A DNA stretch of 24,000 bases from an uncultured Methanosarcinales archaeon. GTDB lineage: Archaea > Halobacteriota > Methanosarcinia > Methanosarcinales > Methanosarcinaceae. The first letter of the stretch is position 1. Each line of letters begins with the position of its first letter. The stretch is from assembly GCA_964434965.1 (NCBI GenBank), contig CAYSWX010000023.1, forward strand, positions 1-24,000, in the 5' to 3' direction. This document shows positions 8,076 through 17,601 of the stretch, in pieces. The translations under genes were made by a program, and so were the position numbers. Under the pieces are notes generated by a model. The model was given only the letters and a program-made list of their open reading frames with translations, had not been told where the DNA came from and searched no databases.

Positions 8076-8438
8076 TTAATTTGAAAAGTTGTCCATCTCG
8101 CACCATTTGCCTTCTCCTTCCCAGACCCTCACCAGAAGAGAAAAGCCGAATCTCTCCAGGAGGCGGGAATGGATATGCTGGCAGAGGTGCTCGGAACTTG
8201 GGAAGTCCAGGATCTCATTTAATAAAGTATGGTCATACTCCTGAAGAGTTTCCTTGATACCTTTTTTCAGGTCATAGAAATCAATCACCATCCCATTCTC
8301 CCTGACCTCACCTTCTACCACCACTTCGATTTTATATGTATGGCCGTGTACCCTTCCGCACTTCCCGTGCCCTGGAAGGTAGTGCGCGCTGTCAATATAA
8401 TCAATAACTCCCAATCTCATATTTGCCATTTCATTCAC
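8076..8438 (-). CDS. queD: 6-carboxy-5,6,7,8-tetrahydropterin synthase
   Basis: 120 aa. CGRVHGHTYKIEV and the overall PTPS/QueD pattern. Clustered with queE and queC. Confidence 0.9.
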   Translation of the reverse strand: MNEMANMRLGVIDYIDSAHYLPGHGKCGRVHGHTYKIEVVVEGEVRENGMVIDFYDLKKGIKETLQEYDHTLLNEILDFPSSEHLCQHIHSRLLERFGFSLLVRVWEGEGKWCEMDNFSN

Positions 8439-8460
8439 CTCTTTTTTGATTTTCTTTAGG

Positions 8461-9228
8461 TTATAAGCAACCCCACATCCTGTGGGTCTGTGGAATAATT
8501 CGCGTGTCGGTCAGCTCAAGCAGGTTTTTCTGCAGCTTCAGGAGAGTCTGCACGGATGCCTGCGTAAACCCCGGAGCCCTTGCTGCACTGCCCAGAGGCG
8601 TTTCAGGCTGAAGAACTATACAGGATACATAGGGTGCTATTGCTTCTGCAGCCATTGTTACGGTATCCGTGTTTGTTTCCCTGCCTATTACAATCTTGCA
8701 AAAGCAGTCTCTTGAATTACTTTTTCTCAGGAGCTTGAAGCACTCAATCGTATTTTCCACATGTGTTTCCCTGTTTTCAGGGCAGATGTCCTCAATAGCC
8801 TCTGGTAGTTTAAAATCCCCTGAAACATATGCGATATTTTCACGCAGCTTTCTTGCCTGCTCAGGCAGGGTCATATTGGATTCCAGGTACAGGGGCACGG
8901 AAACGTCAAGTTTTTCTATGAAATCCGCATGCAGAAGAGGCTCTCCTCCTGTCAGGGAAATGGAATGGAGCTTTTTGAAAGGATGCAGCATGGATTCCAG
9001 CTTTTCGATACTTACAGGGTTTGGAACCTTTTCAAAAACTCCACTGCCCTCTTCTCTTTCGTAGTCGCAGGTTCCAGGATTTCCAAAATCCGTGTCACAG
9101 TAATTGCAATTAAGGTTGCAGCCTGAAAACCGGACAAAAGCCTGCCTCACACCAACATACGGGCCTTCTCCCTGCACGGAACAGAAGACCTCTCTTATAT
9201 GAGCAGATTCATGGTTTTGAGAGGACAT
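8461..9228 (-). CDS. queE: 7-carboxy-7-deazaguanine synthase (radical SAM)
   Basis: [32 protein letters not shown] is the characteristic QueE N-terminus with a Cx3CxxC-type cluster motif. Confidence 0.9.
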   Translation of the reverse strand: MSSQNHESAHIREVFCSVQGEGPYVGVRQAFVRFSGCNLNCNYCDTDFGNPGTCDYEREEGSGVFEKVPNPVSIEKLESMLHPFKKLHSISLTGGEPLLHADFIEKLDVSVPLYLESNMTLPEQARKLRENIAYVSGDFKLPEAIEDICPENRETHVENTIECFKLLRKSNSRDCFCKIVIGRETNTDTVTMAAEAIAPYVSCIVLQPETPLGSAARAPGFTQASVQTLLKLQKNLLELTDTRIIPQTHRMWGCL

Positions 9229-9789
9229 TTACACTACTCCGAGAGGCCGTGACTTCCTGAGGTCCTTTTCAATATCCTCAAATTCCCTTACATAAGCATC
9301 TCCGATTCCCTTCATTAGCCGTACAATACTTTCATCGTCTTCTATTCCGGCTTCTTTCAGGTTTCCGTATACTTCATGTGTGACATTCATGCCGAAGTGG
9401 ATCTTCTGGGAAACCGCCGAAGTGCTGGCAATCGATACGGTCAGCTTCTTTCCCTTAAAAAATAAATCATCTCCTTCCCTTGTGGTATGGATTCCAAGCC
9501 CTGCAAGGTATTCCCTTACAATTGCAGTAAAAAGGCGCTGGCGTGCATAGATCAGTTTAAGGTCAGTAGAATCGAAGTGTTCTATAATGAAATTCAACAT
9601 ATCTTCGGACCAGATCGACTCGTTTGCCTTCCGGTCTTCTAGGTCAATCATGTGTTCTATTTTTACGTCACATGCACCTCTAAAAACTATAATGGAATCT
9701 TCCTGCACTCCAAAGCTGTTATAAGCCCAGAGCGAAGAAATCTGGCTCCCGTCGTAATCAAGTTTTTCGGGTAAAATAATACACTTCAT
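9229..9789 (-). CDS. Uncharacterised 186-aa protein inside the preQ0 operon (possibly the archaeal DUF366/COG2029 family)
   Basis: Intact ORF whose stop abuts the queE start with no gap (9229 vs 9228). I recognise no catalytic motif. The family name is recalled from memory, not verified. Confidence 0.6.
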   Translation of the reverse strand: MKCIILPEKLDYDGSQISSLWAYNSFGVQEDSIIVFRGACDVKIEHMIDLEDRKANESIWSEDMLNFIIEHFDSTDLKLIYARQRLFTAIVREYLAGLGIHTTREGDDLFFKGKKLTVSIASTSAVSQKIHFGMNVTHEVYGNLKEAGIEDDESIVRLMKGIGDAYVREFEDIEKDLRKSRPLGVV

Positions 9790-9846
9790 GGAACTCTCTC
9801 TATCTCTCTATTATTGTTTTTAATCTCTCTAACGGATTATTCGGGT

Positions 9847-10542
9847 TTAAACCCCAGGCTTTTCCAGAAGCGGGTCTTTTGAACCTGCGTTTTTGAATGC
9901 CCTTTCCCTGCGCACGCAGCTTTCACACTCTCCGCAGGGGATTTCCCCGCCGTGATAGCAGCTCCAGCTGTATTCAAGTGGAGCATTTGCTTCAAGAGCC
10001 CTTTTAACAATTTCAGTTTTCCCCATTTCTATAAGAGGAGCCAGTACCCGCACCCCGTTCTGTGTGGAGTAAGAAAAAGCATGGTCCATTGCCTTTACAT
10101 AATCAAGTGAATTGTCAGGGAAGGTCCCGGCTTCTTCTCCATTAAAGCCCACCACTATGTAATCACAGCCCCTGCTTTCAGCAAAGCTCCCTGCAATGTT
10201 TAACATAACCCCGTTTCTGTTTGGGACCCAGACAGCCTTTGCAGAATTTTCGGTAATTACGGCAGGCGCAGCCTCATCAATATCTTCAAGGGATAGAGAA
10301 GGGACTTCCTCACTCCTGTTTACAAGGGATGTATGTGTTATTTTCCCAAGCCAGTCCAGCTTGATTATCCTGTGCTCTATTCCAAAGTATTCGCAGACCT
10401 TTCTGGAATACTCTATTTCCCGCTGCCCGGCTCTCTGCCCATAATCAAAAGTAATTGCCATATCAATTTCCAGGCTTTCGGCTGCGATCGCAAGCGCTGC
10501 GACGGAATCAAGCCCGCTGCTCATGAGGGTTATAGCTTTCAT
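9847..10542 (-). CDS. queC: 7-cyano-7-deazaguanine (preQ0) synthase
   Basis: N-terminal PP-loop [14 protein letters not shown] and the C-terminal zinc motif [18 protein letters not shown]. Confidence 0.9.
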   Translation of the reverse strand: MKAITLMSSGLDSVAALAIAAESLEIDMAITFDYGQRAGQREIEYSRKVCEYFGIEHRIIKLDWLGKITHTSLVNRSEEVPSLSLEDIDEAAPAVITENSAKAVWVPNRNGVMLNIAGSFAESRGCDYIVVGFNGEEAGTFPDNSLDYVKAMDHAFSYSTQNGVRVLAPLIEMGKTEIVKRALEANAPLEYSWSCYHGGEIPCGECESCVRRERAFKNAGSKDPLLEKPGV

Positions 10543-10715
10543 TCTTTTCTCACTTACTCTAATTCTATGGAAAAATCCCTGTATTTAGCATTCTCTCAGG
10601 ATTCTCCCAATGCTCTCAAGATCTTATTGGGATAATACCTGTAACTCCTATTTAAAAATAGCTGCTTTCCTGAGCCTCTGAGTATGTATTAAATATTCAG
10701 GACGTCTAATATTAA

Positions 10716-11231
10716 ATGAGGTGGGATTGTTTGATAGGAATTATTTCGGATTCACATGATGACCTGGCATCTATCCGGAAGGCCGTGGAATTCTTCAACA
10801 AAAAGCAGGTAAAAGTGGTGCTGCATGCAGGAGACCTCATCTCTCCTTTTACTGTGAGGGCTTTTAAAGAACTAAATTCAAAACTCTATTTTGTCTTCGG
10901 AAACAATGATGGAGATAGAGTAACTCTTGTAAAGAGGTTTGAAGAAATAGATGCCATCTCCTGCGGAGATTTTGGTGACCTGACAATTGACGGGCTTCAT
11001 ATTGCCCTCCTTCATGGGACAGATGAGACTCTGGTCAAAGCACTTGCAAAATCAGGGGATTTTGATGTCGTTATCAGAGGGCATACTCACGAACCCGGGG
11101 TCCGGATTCTCGAAGGAACCCTGATTATAAATCCCGGAGAATGCTCAGGGGTACTTTCCGAAAAGCACACAGTTGCGATTCTTGAGATTGCAAACCTGAA
11201 CGTTGAGATTACGGAACTTGAATCTGATTGA
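10716..11231 (+). CDS. YfcE/MJ0936-family metallophosphoesterase
   Basis: GIISDSHDD, HAGDLISP, GNNDGD and RGHTHEPG motifs. The true start may be the in-frame TTG at 10734, giving (M)IGIISDSH. Confidence 0.85.
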   Translation: MRWDCLIGIISDSHDDLASIRKAVEFFNKKQVKVVLHAGDLISPFTVRAFKELNSKLYFVFGNNDGDRVTLVKRFEEIDAISCGDFGDLTIDGLHIALLHGTDETLVKALAKSGDFDVVIRGHTHEPGVRILEGTLIINPGECSGVLSEKHTVAILEIANLNVEITELESD

Positions 11232-11245
11232 CTGCTCCCCATATA

Positions 11246-11266
11246 TTTTTTATTTTTATCTTTTTT
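11246..11266 (+). terminator. Oligo-T tracts (archaeal-type terminator) after the phosphoesterase gene
   Basis: TTTTTTATTTTTATCTTTTTT begins 15 nt after the stop codon. Confidence 0.4.
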
Positions 11267-11282
11267 CTGGCAGCGCTCTGCC

Positions 11283-11310
11283 TGACTAATTGCTATTTGA
11301 CTAATTGCTA
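11283..11310. repeat. Tandem direct repeat TGACTAATTGCTA x2 (15-nt period)
   Basis: Read directly at 11283-11295 and 11298-11310. Lies about 130-155 nt upstream of the DGC-domain gene. Confidence 0.7.
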
Positions 11311-11438
11311 ATTATAAAGTTATTCTCCGTCCCGTCTGGGTGTCAGTTGAAAGGAAAATATGAATTATATAAAGGTGGACGCCCTTCTTTTATTTCAATA
11401 TCATTTGAAACAGTATTTCACTAAAGGTTGTTATAACA

Positions 11439-11870
11439 ATGGAATCAAAAGAAAAAGAGCAAAATGAATCAATGGAGCAGAAAGAACCCATGCCAGGCAG
11501 GCTTAACAAAACGGAAAACTCTTCAGGAAAAAGGAGACGTACTCTCATTTTTGCCTGTTCCGGTTTATCAAATACGGGGAAACTCACAATGCAGGCAGCG
11601 TCAACCCTTGCTTTCAGGAGTCCGGACCTTTACAGGGCTGCATCTGCACTGAAGGGGACCTGCGCTGTTGAAGATGCATTATCAGAGGGCTTTAGAATCC
11701 TTGCTCTTGACGGCTGTGCGGACAGGTGTGCTACAAAAAAGCTTGGCGAGGCAGGAATGCAGGCCGAAGTCTATCTTATGGTTACTGAGCTAGGAATTGA
11801 AAAAACAAAACCCGCAGATGTGAAACTGGAGTATATAAACAAAATTATACGTGCAATAAAAGAAGCCTGA
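11439..11870 (+). CDS. DGC-domain putative zinc-binding protein
   Basis: LIFACSGLSNTGKL...ILALDGCADRCATKKL matches the DGC-domain signature: a conserved Cys near the N-terminus plus DGC-x3-C. Confidence 0.75.
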   Translation: MESKEKEQNESMEQKEPMPGRLNKTENSSGKRRRTLIFACSGLSNTGKLTMQAASTLAFRSPDLYRAASALKGTCAVEDALSEGFRILALDGCADRCATKKLGEAGMQAEVYLMVTELGIEKTKPADVKLEYINKIIRAIKEA

Positions 11871-11925
11871 ATTAAACTTCTGAACTTTCTACTGCACAGG
11901 ATTTTTCTTTAACTGGACTCTACCC

Positions 11926-12627
11926 TCAATAACCCCGTCTTAGAATACCTGTCAGTTCCTCTGCATGAGGCATCCTTTCTTCGATTTTTGCACAGACTGC
12001 ATCAATATCATACTCCAGGCGTAAGAATTCCATCTCTCCTGTTTTGGTATCTAAAACCGCACAGCCTGCTCGGGCGTCCCCGTCTCTTGGCTGCCCCACA
12101 GAACCAGGGTTTATGATTTTCAGGGCCCCGAGTTTCCTGTTCATAGGGATATGAGAGTGCCCGACCACCAGAAATTCGGCATCAACAGGTTCCATCGGTT
12201 CTGCAAGCATTGCCACTATGTCTTCATCTGGGGTTTCGGGTTTTATATATTCGAACATGGAGCGTGGGCTTGCATGGGTAAGGTAAAGCTTTTTTCCATC
12301 AATTTCTTCTTTTATCAGGAGGGGGAGCTTCTGCAGGTACTCCATCCTGGGTCGGTCAAGAATTTCCCAGGTATATTCCCGGGTTGCAATTGAGAGATGT
12401 TTGTATTTGTATCCGCACTTGCAGTCCATTTTAAAAGCAACAGCATTGTCGTGATTGCCCCTTATTGTTGGAATATTCTTTTTTTGCAGGAGATCTATAC
12501 ACCTGTCCGGGTCAGGTCCGTAGTCCACAATGTCTCCCAGGCAGATTGCCTTATCATGTGGGACATCGAGGACTGTCTGCAGTGCTTCAAGATTAGCGTG
12601 GATATCGGCAATCAGTAGAAGTCTCAT
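11926..12627 (-). CDS. Calcineurin-like metallophosphoesterase
   Basis: LLIADIHAN, LGDIVDYGPDP, RGNHD and VVGHSHIP motifs. Confidence 0.85.
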   Translation of the reverse strand: MRLLLIADIHANLEALQTVLDVPHDKAICLGDIVDYGPDPDRCIDLLQKKNIPTIRGNHDNAVAFKMDCKCGYKYKHLSIATREYTWEILDRPRMEYLQKLPLLIKEEIDGKKLYLTHASPRSMFEYIKPETPDEDIVAMLAEPMEPVDAEFLVVGHSHIPMNRKLGALKIINPGSVGQPRDGDARAGCAVLDTKTGEMEFLRLEYDIDAVCAKIEERMPHAEELTGILRRGY

Positions 12628-12691
12628 ATTTTTTACCTTTGCTTTTTACTTCCTCTTTGTTCTCATCTGTCATCTTTTTAATCTTCAGTTT

Positions 12692-14620
12692 TCAAACATG
12701 TAGTCCCCGCATCCCCACTCCCATTACAAGCAGGTTTGTTTCCATAGGAGGGTGGTTCCAGCCGTCAGGAGAGATAATTTTCTTCTCTATAGAAACCTCA
12801 ACCTGGTTTCCGCTGAGTCCGCAGTCTTTCATATAATCTTCAATAAGTTTTTTTCCAATTTCGGTTGCAGCACTCAGGGCTTCTGTGTATGCATCGAACC
12901 TCAACCTGTTGCCGGGTGCAAAAACAAGGAAATCTCTCTCTGGAGACATCAGACTTGCAGGCCTGATTAAAATTTCTACTCTTTTGATGCCTTTTCCTGC
13001 AAGGGCTCCGACTGCATTTCCTACCTCAGCATGTTCGGGAACGAGAATTTCAGCATCTATAAACTCCTCCAGTTCTTTCCTGTATGCACGTACAGGGCCT
13101 CCGAGCAGGATAACAGGGACTCTCAGCTTGAACTTTGCAGGATAATTTCCGTCAAGGATTTTTTCAACGGCTGTGTACGGTACTCCCTGAAGGATATATG
13201 AGAGGAGGTGAAGTGCCATATTCCTTGCAACTCTCCTTTTTACAGCAGTGCAGAACTCATGGGGTGTCATACGCATGAGCCTCGCAAGCCTTTCAGCTCC
13301 TATTCTGGAAGCTTCTTCGTTCCAGGCTGTATATTCCCCGAGCACATGCAAAGCATCGGTTGGAGTAAAGCCAATTGCCTGAACAAGACGTTTTTTGATA
13401 AGGGAGTCCAGGGTTTGAGGGTGGAGGTCCTTTCTTATGAGGGCTTTTATCTCATGCACGGAAACCGGTTCGTCTACAATTGCGCCAAGAACTTCCGCTT
13501 CAACTTTACTCAACTCACCTGCTGGGTAGCCTGACCTAACGAAAAATTTCGTGGGCTGGATATTTTCTTCCAGGCCTTCTCTGAGAGGCATGGGCGTTCT
13601 ATTCAGGTTATTTAGGAAACCTGGATACTGGACTGCAGCGACTGCAAGGGGTATAACCCGTCGAGGCCCGAGGAAGAGTTCCCTATCTACTGTCCATATA
13701 TGGCTGTCTCCGCCTGTAGCTGTTGTCGCCATTCTTATCGCCCGCACCCGCGTCTTCCATCCGCCCACAACTGCTCCTTCATCGCTCAGGTCAGGAACTC
13801 CCATACAGATCGAGGAAATATCCGTACTCGTTCCCCCAACGTCTACAACTGCACAGGTTTGCAGCCCTGAGAGATAAGAGGCTCCTACAAGGCTTGCTGC
13901 AGGGCCTGAAAAGATCGTTTCTATCGGCTTTTGCAGGGCATCTCTTATCCCTATCACCGAACCGTCGCATTTGAGCATAAGAAGCCTTGCATTAATTCCT
14001 CTTCCTGTCATATCTGCAATAATGGATTTCACAAACTGCCTGGTTATGGGAATCAGCTGGGCATTCAGGAAAGCTGTTACCGTCCTCTCGTAAGCTCCAA
14101 GTTCCTGCGAGAGTTCGTGTCCGCAAACCGCAGGCAGCCCTGTAAGCTTCAGTATTCTGTCCTTTACTTTAAGCTCGTGTTCAGGGTTGCGTGTACTGAA
14201 ATAAGAAGATATGGCAAAAGCCGATACTTTGTCCTTTACAAGCAGGGCGAATTTTTCGATGGCTTCCAGGTCAAGAGGAGATGCTTCTTCTCCATTATGG
14301 TTATGCCCTCCTCTGGCAAAGAGAACATGCCCTGTTGGCAGTTCCTTTTCAAGCGGGTGGTCCCCTATGAGGATCAGGGCTACGGGAAAACCGGTTCCTT
14401 CAAGTATGGTATTTGTGGAAAGAGTGGTGGAGACAGATACCAGTTTTACGTTTTCAATGTACTCCGGATTAAGCCCGTCAATTGCCTTTTTGATGCCGCC
14501 AAGAGGGTCAGGATAGGTGGTCAGGGCTTTATTTGAGTCTACAATTTCCCCATCCGAGTCCCTTACGAGCACCGCATCTGTGTAAGTTCCACCAGCGTCA
14601 ATTCCAAGGCTGTAGTGCAT
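12692..14620 (-). CDS. Hydantoinase/oxoprolinase-family (ASKHA-fold) protein
   Basis: N-terminal GIDAGGTYTDAVLV and a second VVDVGGTSTD phosphate-binding motif. 642 aa. Confidence 0.8.
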   Translation of the reverse strand: MHYSLGIDAGGTYTDAVLVRDSDGEIVDSNKALTTYPDPLGGIKKAIDGLNPEYIENVKLVSVSTTLSTNTILEGTGFPVALILIGDHPLEKELPTGHVLFARGGHNHNGEEASPLDLEAIEKFALLVKDKVSAFAISSYFSTRNPEHELKVKDRILKLTGLPAVCGHELSQELGAYERTVTAFLNAQLIPITRQFVKSIIADMTGRGINARLLMLKCDGSVIGIRDALQKPIETIFSGPAASLVGASYLSGLQTCAVVDVGGTSTDISSICMGVPDLSDEGAVVGGWKTRVRAIRMATTATGGDSHIWTVDRELFLGPRRVIPLAVAAVQYPGFLNNLNRTPMPLREGLEENIQPTKFFVRSGYPAGELSKVEAEVLGAIVDEPVSVHEIKALIRKDLHPQTLDSLIKKRLVQAIGFTPTDALHVLGEYTAWNEEASRIGAERLARLMRMTPHEFCTAVKRRVARNMALHLLSYILQGVPYTAVEKILDGNYPAKFKLRVPVILLGGPVRAYRKELEEFIDAEILVPEHAEVGNAVGALAGKGIKRVEILIRPASLMSPERDFLVFAPGNRLRFDAYTEALSAATEIGKKLIEDYMKDCGLSGNQVEVSIEKKIISPDGWNHPPMETNLLVMGVGMRGLHV

Positions 14621-14713
14621 ATTGAAAATAACTCCTTCTTTCTTTTTTCGGAAATGCCTTTTGACAGGTTTTTGTTTCTCTTTTAGTGGTTAAGGAAAAG
14701 AATAATTTCGGGA

Positions 14714-14730
14714 TAAAGAAATGATATGAT
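14714..14730. repeat. 17-nt motif TAAAGAAATGATATGAT, copy 2
   Basis: Exact match to 4498-4514. Lies 94-110 nt upstream of the minus-strand start at 14620. TAAAATGGT follows after 7 nt. Confidence 0.6.
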
Positions 14731-15059
14731 AACGAAGTAAAATGGTGTGATAATGCAAAATAATATCTGAAATTATTAAATATATATCTATTTCAATAAG
14801 ATTTGAAATGGTTAAAATATAGTTTGAGCTGATCAAACCGAATGTGATAGAGAGTCCATAACCTAACTTTAAAAATTACTTGCAGTTGTTCAGAACGGTA
14901 GATGAAATCCAGAGAACAGGGGCAGGCGTGGACCAGTAAATCAGGGGGCACTCTTTTAGGGCAAACCATTAATTACTTTCTTTTCCAAAAAATAGAGAAA
15001 TAAAAAAGTAGAGAATAGCCTTCAATTAGATGCTAAGTTTAAGAGAAACTTAAAAGGAA

Positions 15060-15770
15060 TTGACTGTTATGACTCCAGCAAAACCCGCTCAGAATTCCAT
15101 TCCCCATCTCCCTGAGGACTACGATGCCCGGATATCTCTTATTCTCCCTTACTACTCGTCTTTTCATCAGGAAATTATCAACTTCGTCAAATCCCTGCCT
15201 TCAAGCCCGAAGGTATGGATGGATACCGGATGTGGGACAGGCTCTCTGATTAATAAGGCAATTGAAGAATTTCCCTATACGAAATTCCTTTTACTTGACC
15301 CTTCGGAAGGAATGCTGGAGCAGGCAAAGCAAAAACTATCGGCTTACCCTTCCGCAAAGGTACAGTTCCTGAAAGCTTCCCCTACTCAGGAATTTTCTCA
15401 GGAATTGGAAGAAAAGCCGGACGTTATCACTGCTATACAGTGCCATCACTACCTCAGCCGCGAAGGGCGTGCCAGAGCTGCCAGTAAGTGTTATAATTTA
15501 CTAAAAGAAGATGGAATTTACATTACCTTTGAGAACATCAGGCCGCTAACAAAAGAAGGTGTGACCATAGGAAAAAGATACTGGGGAGACTTTCAATCAA
15601 CGCATGGGAGGAACGACGAAGAGATACAGAAGTATCTTGAGCGGTTTGATACTGAGTATTTCCCAATAACTGTTGAAGAACATCTGAAACTGTTGAGAGA
15701 GACAGGGTTCAGGGCTGTGGAGTTATTCTGGTACTCTTATATGCAGGCTGGGTTTTACTGCATTAAATAA
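15060..15770 (+). CDS. Class I SAM-dependent methyltransferase
   Basis: Motif I WMDTGCGTGS, with an acidic residue at LLLDPS. The ORF-track start is a TTG, and the ATG at 15069 is an alternative. Confidence 0.8.
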   Translation: MTVMTPAKPAQNSIPHLPEDYDARISLILPYYSSFHQEIINFVKSLPSSPKVWMDTGCGTGSLINKAIEEFPYTKFLLLDPSEGMLEQAKQKLSAYPSAKVQFLKASPTQEFSQELEEKPDVITAIQCHHYLSREGRARAASKCYNLLKEDGIYITFENIRPLTKEGVTIGKRYWGDFQSTHGRNDEEIQKYLERFDTEYFPITVEEHLKLLRETGFRAVELFWYSYMQAGFYCIK

Positions 15771-15832
15771 TTCAGAAGCCTTGCAACCTCAGAACTCTGA
15801 AAAAACGCACGTTAATCTCTTCGAACAACAGG

Positions 15833-15867
15833 CAAAAAGAAATGAAAGTACTTGAAAGCACTTTCAT
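15833..15867 (-). terminator. Hairpin plus T-tract downstream of the helicase gene
   Basis: 8-bp inverted repeat ATGAAAGT (15842-15849) / ACTTTCAT (15860-15867), 16 nt past the stop. On the minus strand it is followed by TTTCTTTTT. Confidence 0.45.
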
Positions 15868-15882
15868 GCTAAAGAAATAGAT

Positions 15883-17601
15883 TTAGTACGAAGAATCTTT
15901 TCTTTTCGTTGTATTTCTACTTCTTGTGTAATTTGTGCCGTTATTGCTGCGAGATTCGCTTCGGGAATTACCTCGATAATCTCCACGGGAATCTCCTGAG
16001 CCTCTTGAGTTTCTTCCCCTGGATTTTTGGGCAAGTTCCACAAAGGGTTTACTTCCTCTCCTCTTGTTTTTGAAGATTTCGATAAGGGATTCAGCCTGAG
16101 CAAAGGGGAGGGTCACAAAGGAGAAGTGCGGGAAAATCTCTGCGTCCTTTACTATGAGTTCGCTGTCCCCGAGTTCTTCCTGAATGAAATATGAAAGCTT
16201 GTCCGGGGTCATGCCGTCGGCTTTACCCATGGCTATAAAGAGCCTGGACTTGCCTTTCCTGTCAACGTAGGAGCTGCCGCTGGAAATTTCAGTGTACATG
16301 CTTTCGTCGAACTTGTCTTTGAAAGTGTACTTCAAAAGGGCAGCCAGAATCTTTTCTGCGGGGTATTCTTCAAGGAGCTTTTCGCTCATTTCAAGGCAGT
16401 CCCCGTATTCTTCCGTTTTTATGGTCTCTTCAAGTTCGGTTCTTACTCTCGCTCTTTTGGCTTTAATTACATCTTTTATTTCGGGAAGGCGGCCTTTTTT
16501 CATTTCGGACTTTGATGTCTTTTTAATGTAAGTGAGACGCCTGAATTCCGTGGATGTGACAAAGGTAATAGCAGTTCCCTGTTTGCCTGCCCTTCCTGTC
16601 CTTCCTATCCTGTGCACATAGGACTCAGGGTCCTGAGGCAGGGAATAGTTAATGACGTGGGTCAGGTCCATGATATCGATGCCTCTTGCTGCGACATCGG
16701 TTGCTGCGAGGATGTTTATCTTCTGCTTCCTGAACTTGTTAAGGATCTTTTCCCTTTCCTGCTGGGAAAGGTCTCCATGAAGGGCATCGGATAAATAACC
16801 CCTATCGCTGAGCTTCTGGGCAAGCTGGCTGGTGTCGGTTTTTGTCCGACAGAATACGAGACCGTAAAATTCGTCTTCGATGTCGATAATCCTGCAGAGG
16901 GCTTCAAACTTATCGCTTTCCTTGACCTCAAAATAAATCTGTTCGGTAAGGGTTTCTGTAAGCTCCTCTTTCTCAATCGTGATATGCTCATAGTTCTGCA
17001 TGTACTTCTTGACGATTCCAAGGATTGCCTTTGGCATTGTAGCTGAAAAGAAAAGCATTCTTTTGTCAGGGCCAGTTGACTTTAAGATATCTTTTATGTC
17101 ATCAATAAAGCCCATGTTCAGCATTTCATCGGCTTCATCAAGCACGAAATATGCGATATGTTCGAGGTTGAGGCTCTTTCTTTCGAGGTGGTCAATGACC
17201 CTCCCCGGAGTCCCGACGACAATGTCCACGCCGCTCTTCAGTACGCGGAGCTGCTGGGGCATGGACTGTCCGCCGTATATGGGGACGATGTGAATTTTTT
17301 TATCTCCTTTTATGGAGTTAAGCTCTTCAGAAACCTGAATTGCGAGTTCCCTTGTAGGAGTCAGGATTATTGCCTGTACGTGTCCTGATTTCTCCTGAAT
17401 TTTCTCTATTATGGGGGCTCCGAAGGCTGTTGTTTTTCCTGTCCCTGTCTGAGCCTGCCCTATAATGTCTGATTCTCCTTTCAAAAAAAGCGGAATGACC
17501 TTTTCCTGAATTGGTGTTGGTTCTTCGAACCCTTTCTTTTTGAGGGCTTTCAATGTACTGTCCGAGAGCCCAAGTGCCTTAAATTTTGCTAGTTTTTCCA
17601 T
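15883..17601 (-). CDS. deaD: DEAD-box ATP-dependent RNA helicase (DeaD/CsdA-like) with a C-terminal RNA-binding extension and RG/RS-rich tail
   Basis: Q-motif GFEEPTPIQ, motif I AQTGTGKT, motif II VLDEADEM, SAT, and motif VI HRIGRTGRAG. The tail reads SRGRNSRGSGDSRGDYRGNSRSESRS. Confidence 0.95.
   Translation of the reverse strand: MEKLAKFKALGLSDSTLKALKKKGFEEPTPIQEKVIPLFLKGESDIIGQAQTGTGKTTAFGAPIIEKIQEKSGHVQAIILTPTRELAIQVSEELNSIKGDKKIHIVPIYGGQSMPQQLRVLKSGVDIVVGTPGRVIDHLERKSLNLEHIAYFVLDEADEMLNMGFIDDIKDILKSTGPDKRMLFFSATMPKAILGIVKKYMQNYEHITIEKEELTETLTEQIYFEVKESDKFEALCRIIDIEDEFYGLVFCRTKTDTSQLAQKLSDRGYLSDALHGDLSQQEREKILNKFRKQKINILAATDVAARGIDIMDLTHVINYSLPQDPESYVHRIGRTGRAGKQGTAITFVTSTEFRRLTYIKKTSKSEMKKGRLPEIKDVIKAKRARVRTELEETIKTEEYGDCLEMSEKLLEEYPAEKILAALLKYTFKDKFDESMYTEISSGSSYVDRKGKSRLFIAMGKADGMTPDKLSYFIQEELGDSELIVKDAEIFPHFSFVTLPFAQAESLIEIFKNKRRGSKPFVELAQKSRGRNSRGSGDSRGDYRGNSRSESRSNNGTNYTRSRNTTKRKDSSY

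Noticed and set aside
13931-14536. 201-aa plus-strand ORF, plus several 70-110 aa ORFs, opposite the hydantoinase-family gene
   Set aside because: The minus-strand frame carries the ASKHA phosphate-binding motifs over a continuous 642 aa, so the plus-strand ORFs are shadow frames.
15864-16103. 79-aa minus-strand ORF overlapping the 3' end of the helicase gene (also 16716-17021)
   Set aside because: These are alternative frames within a gene whose main frame runs uninterrupted through all the DEAD-box motifs.
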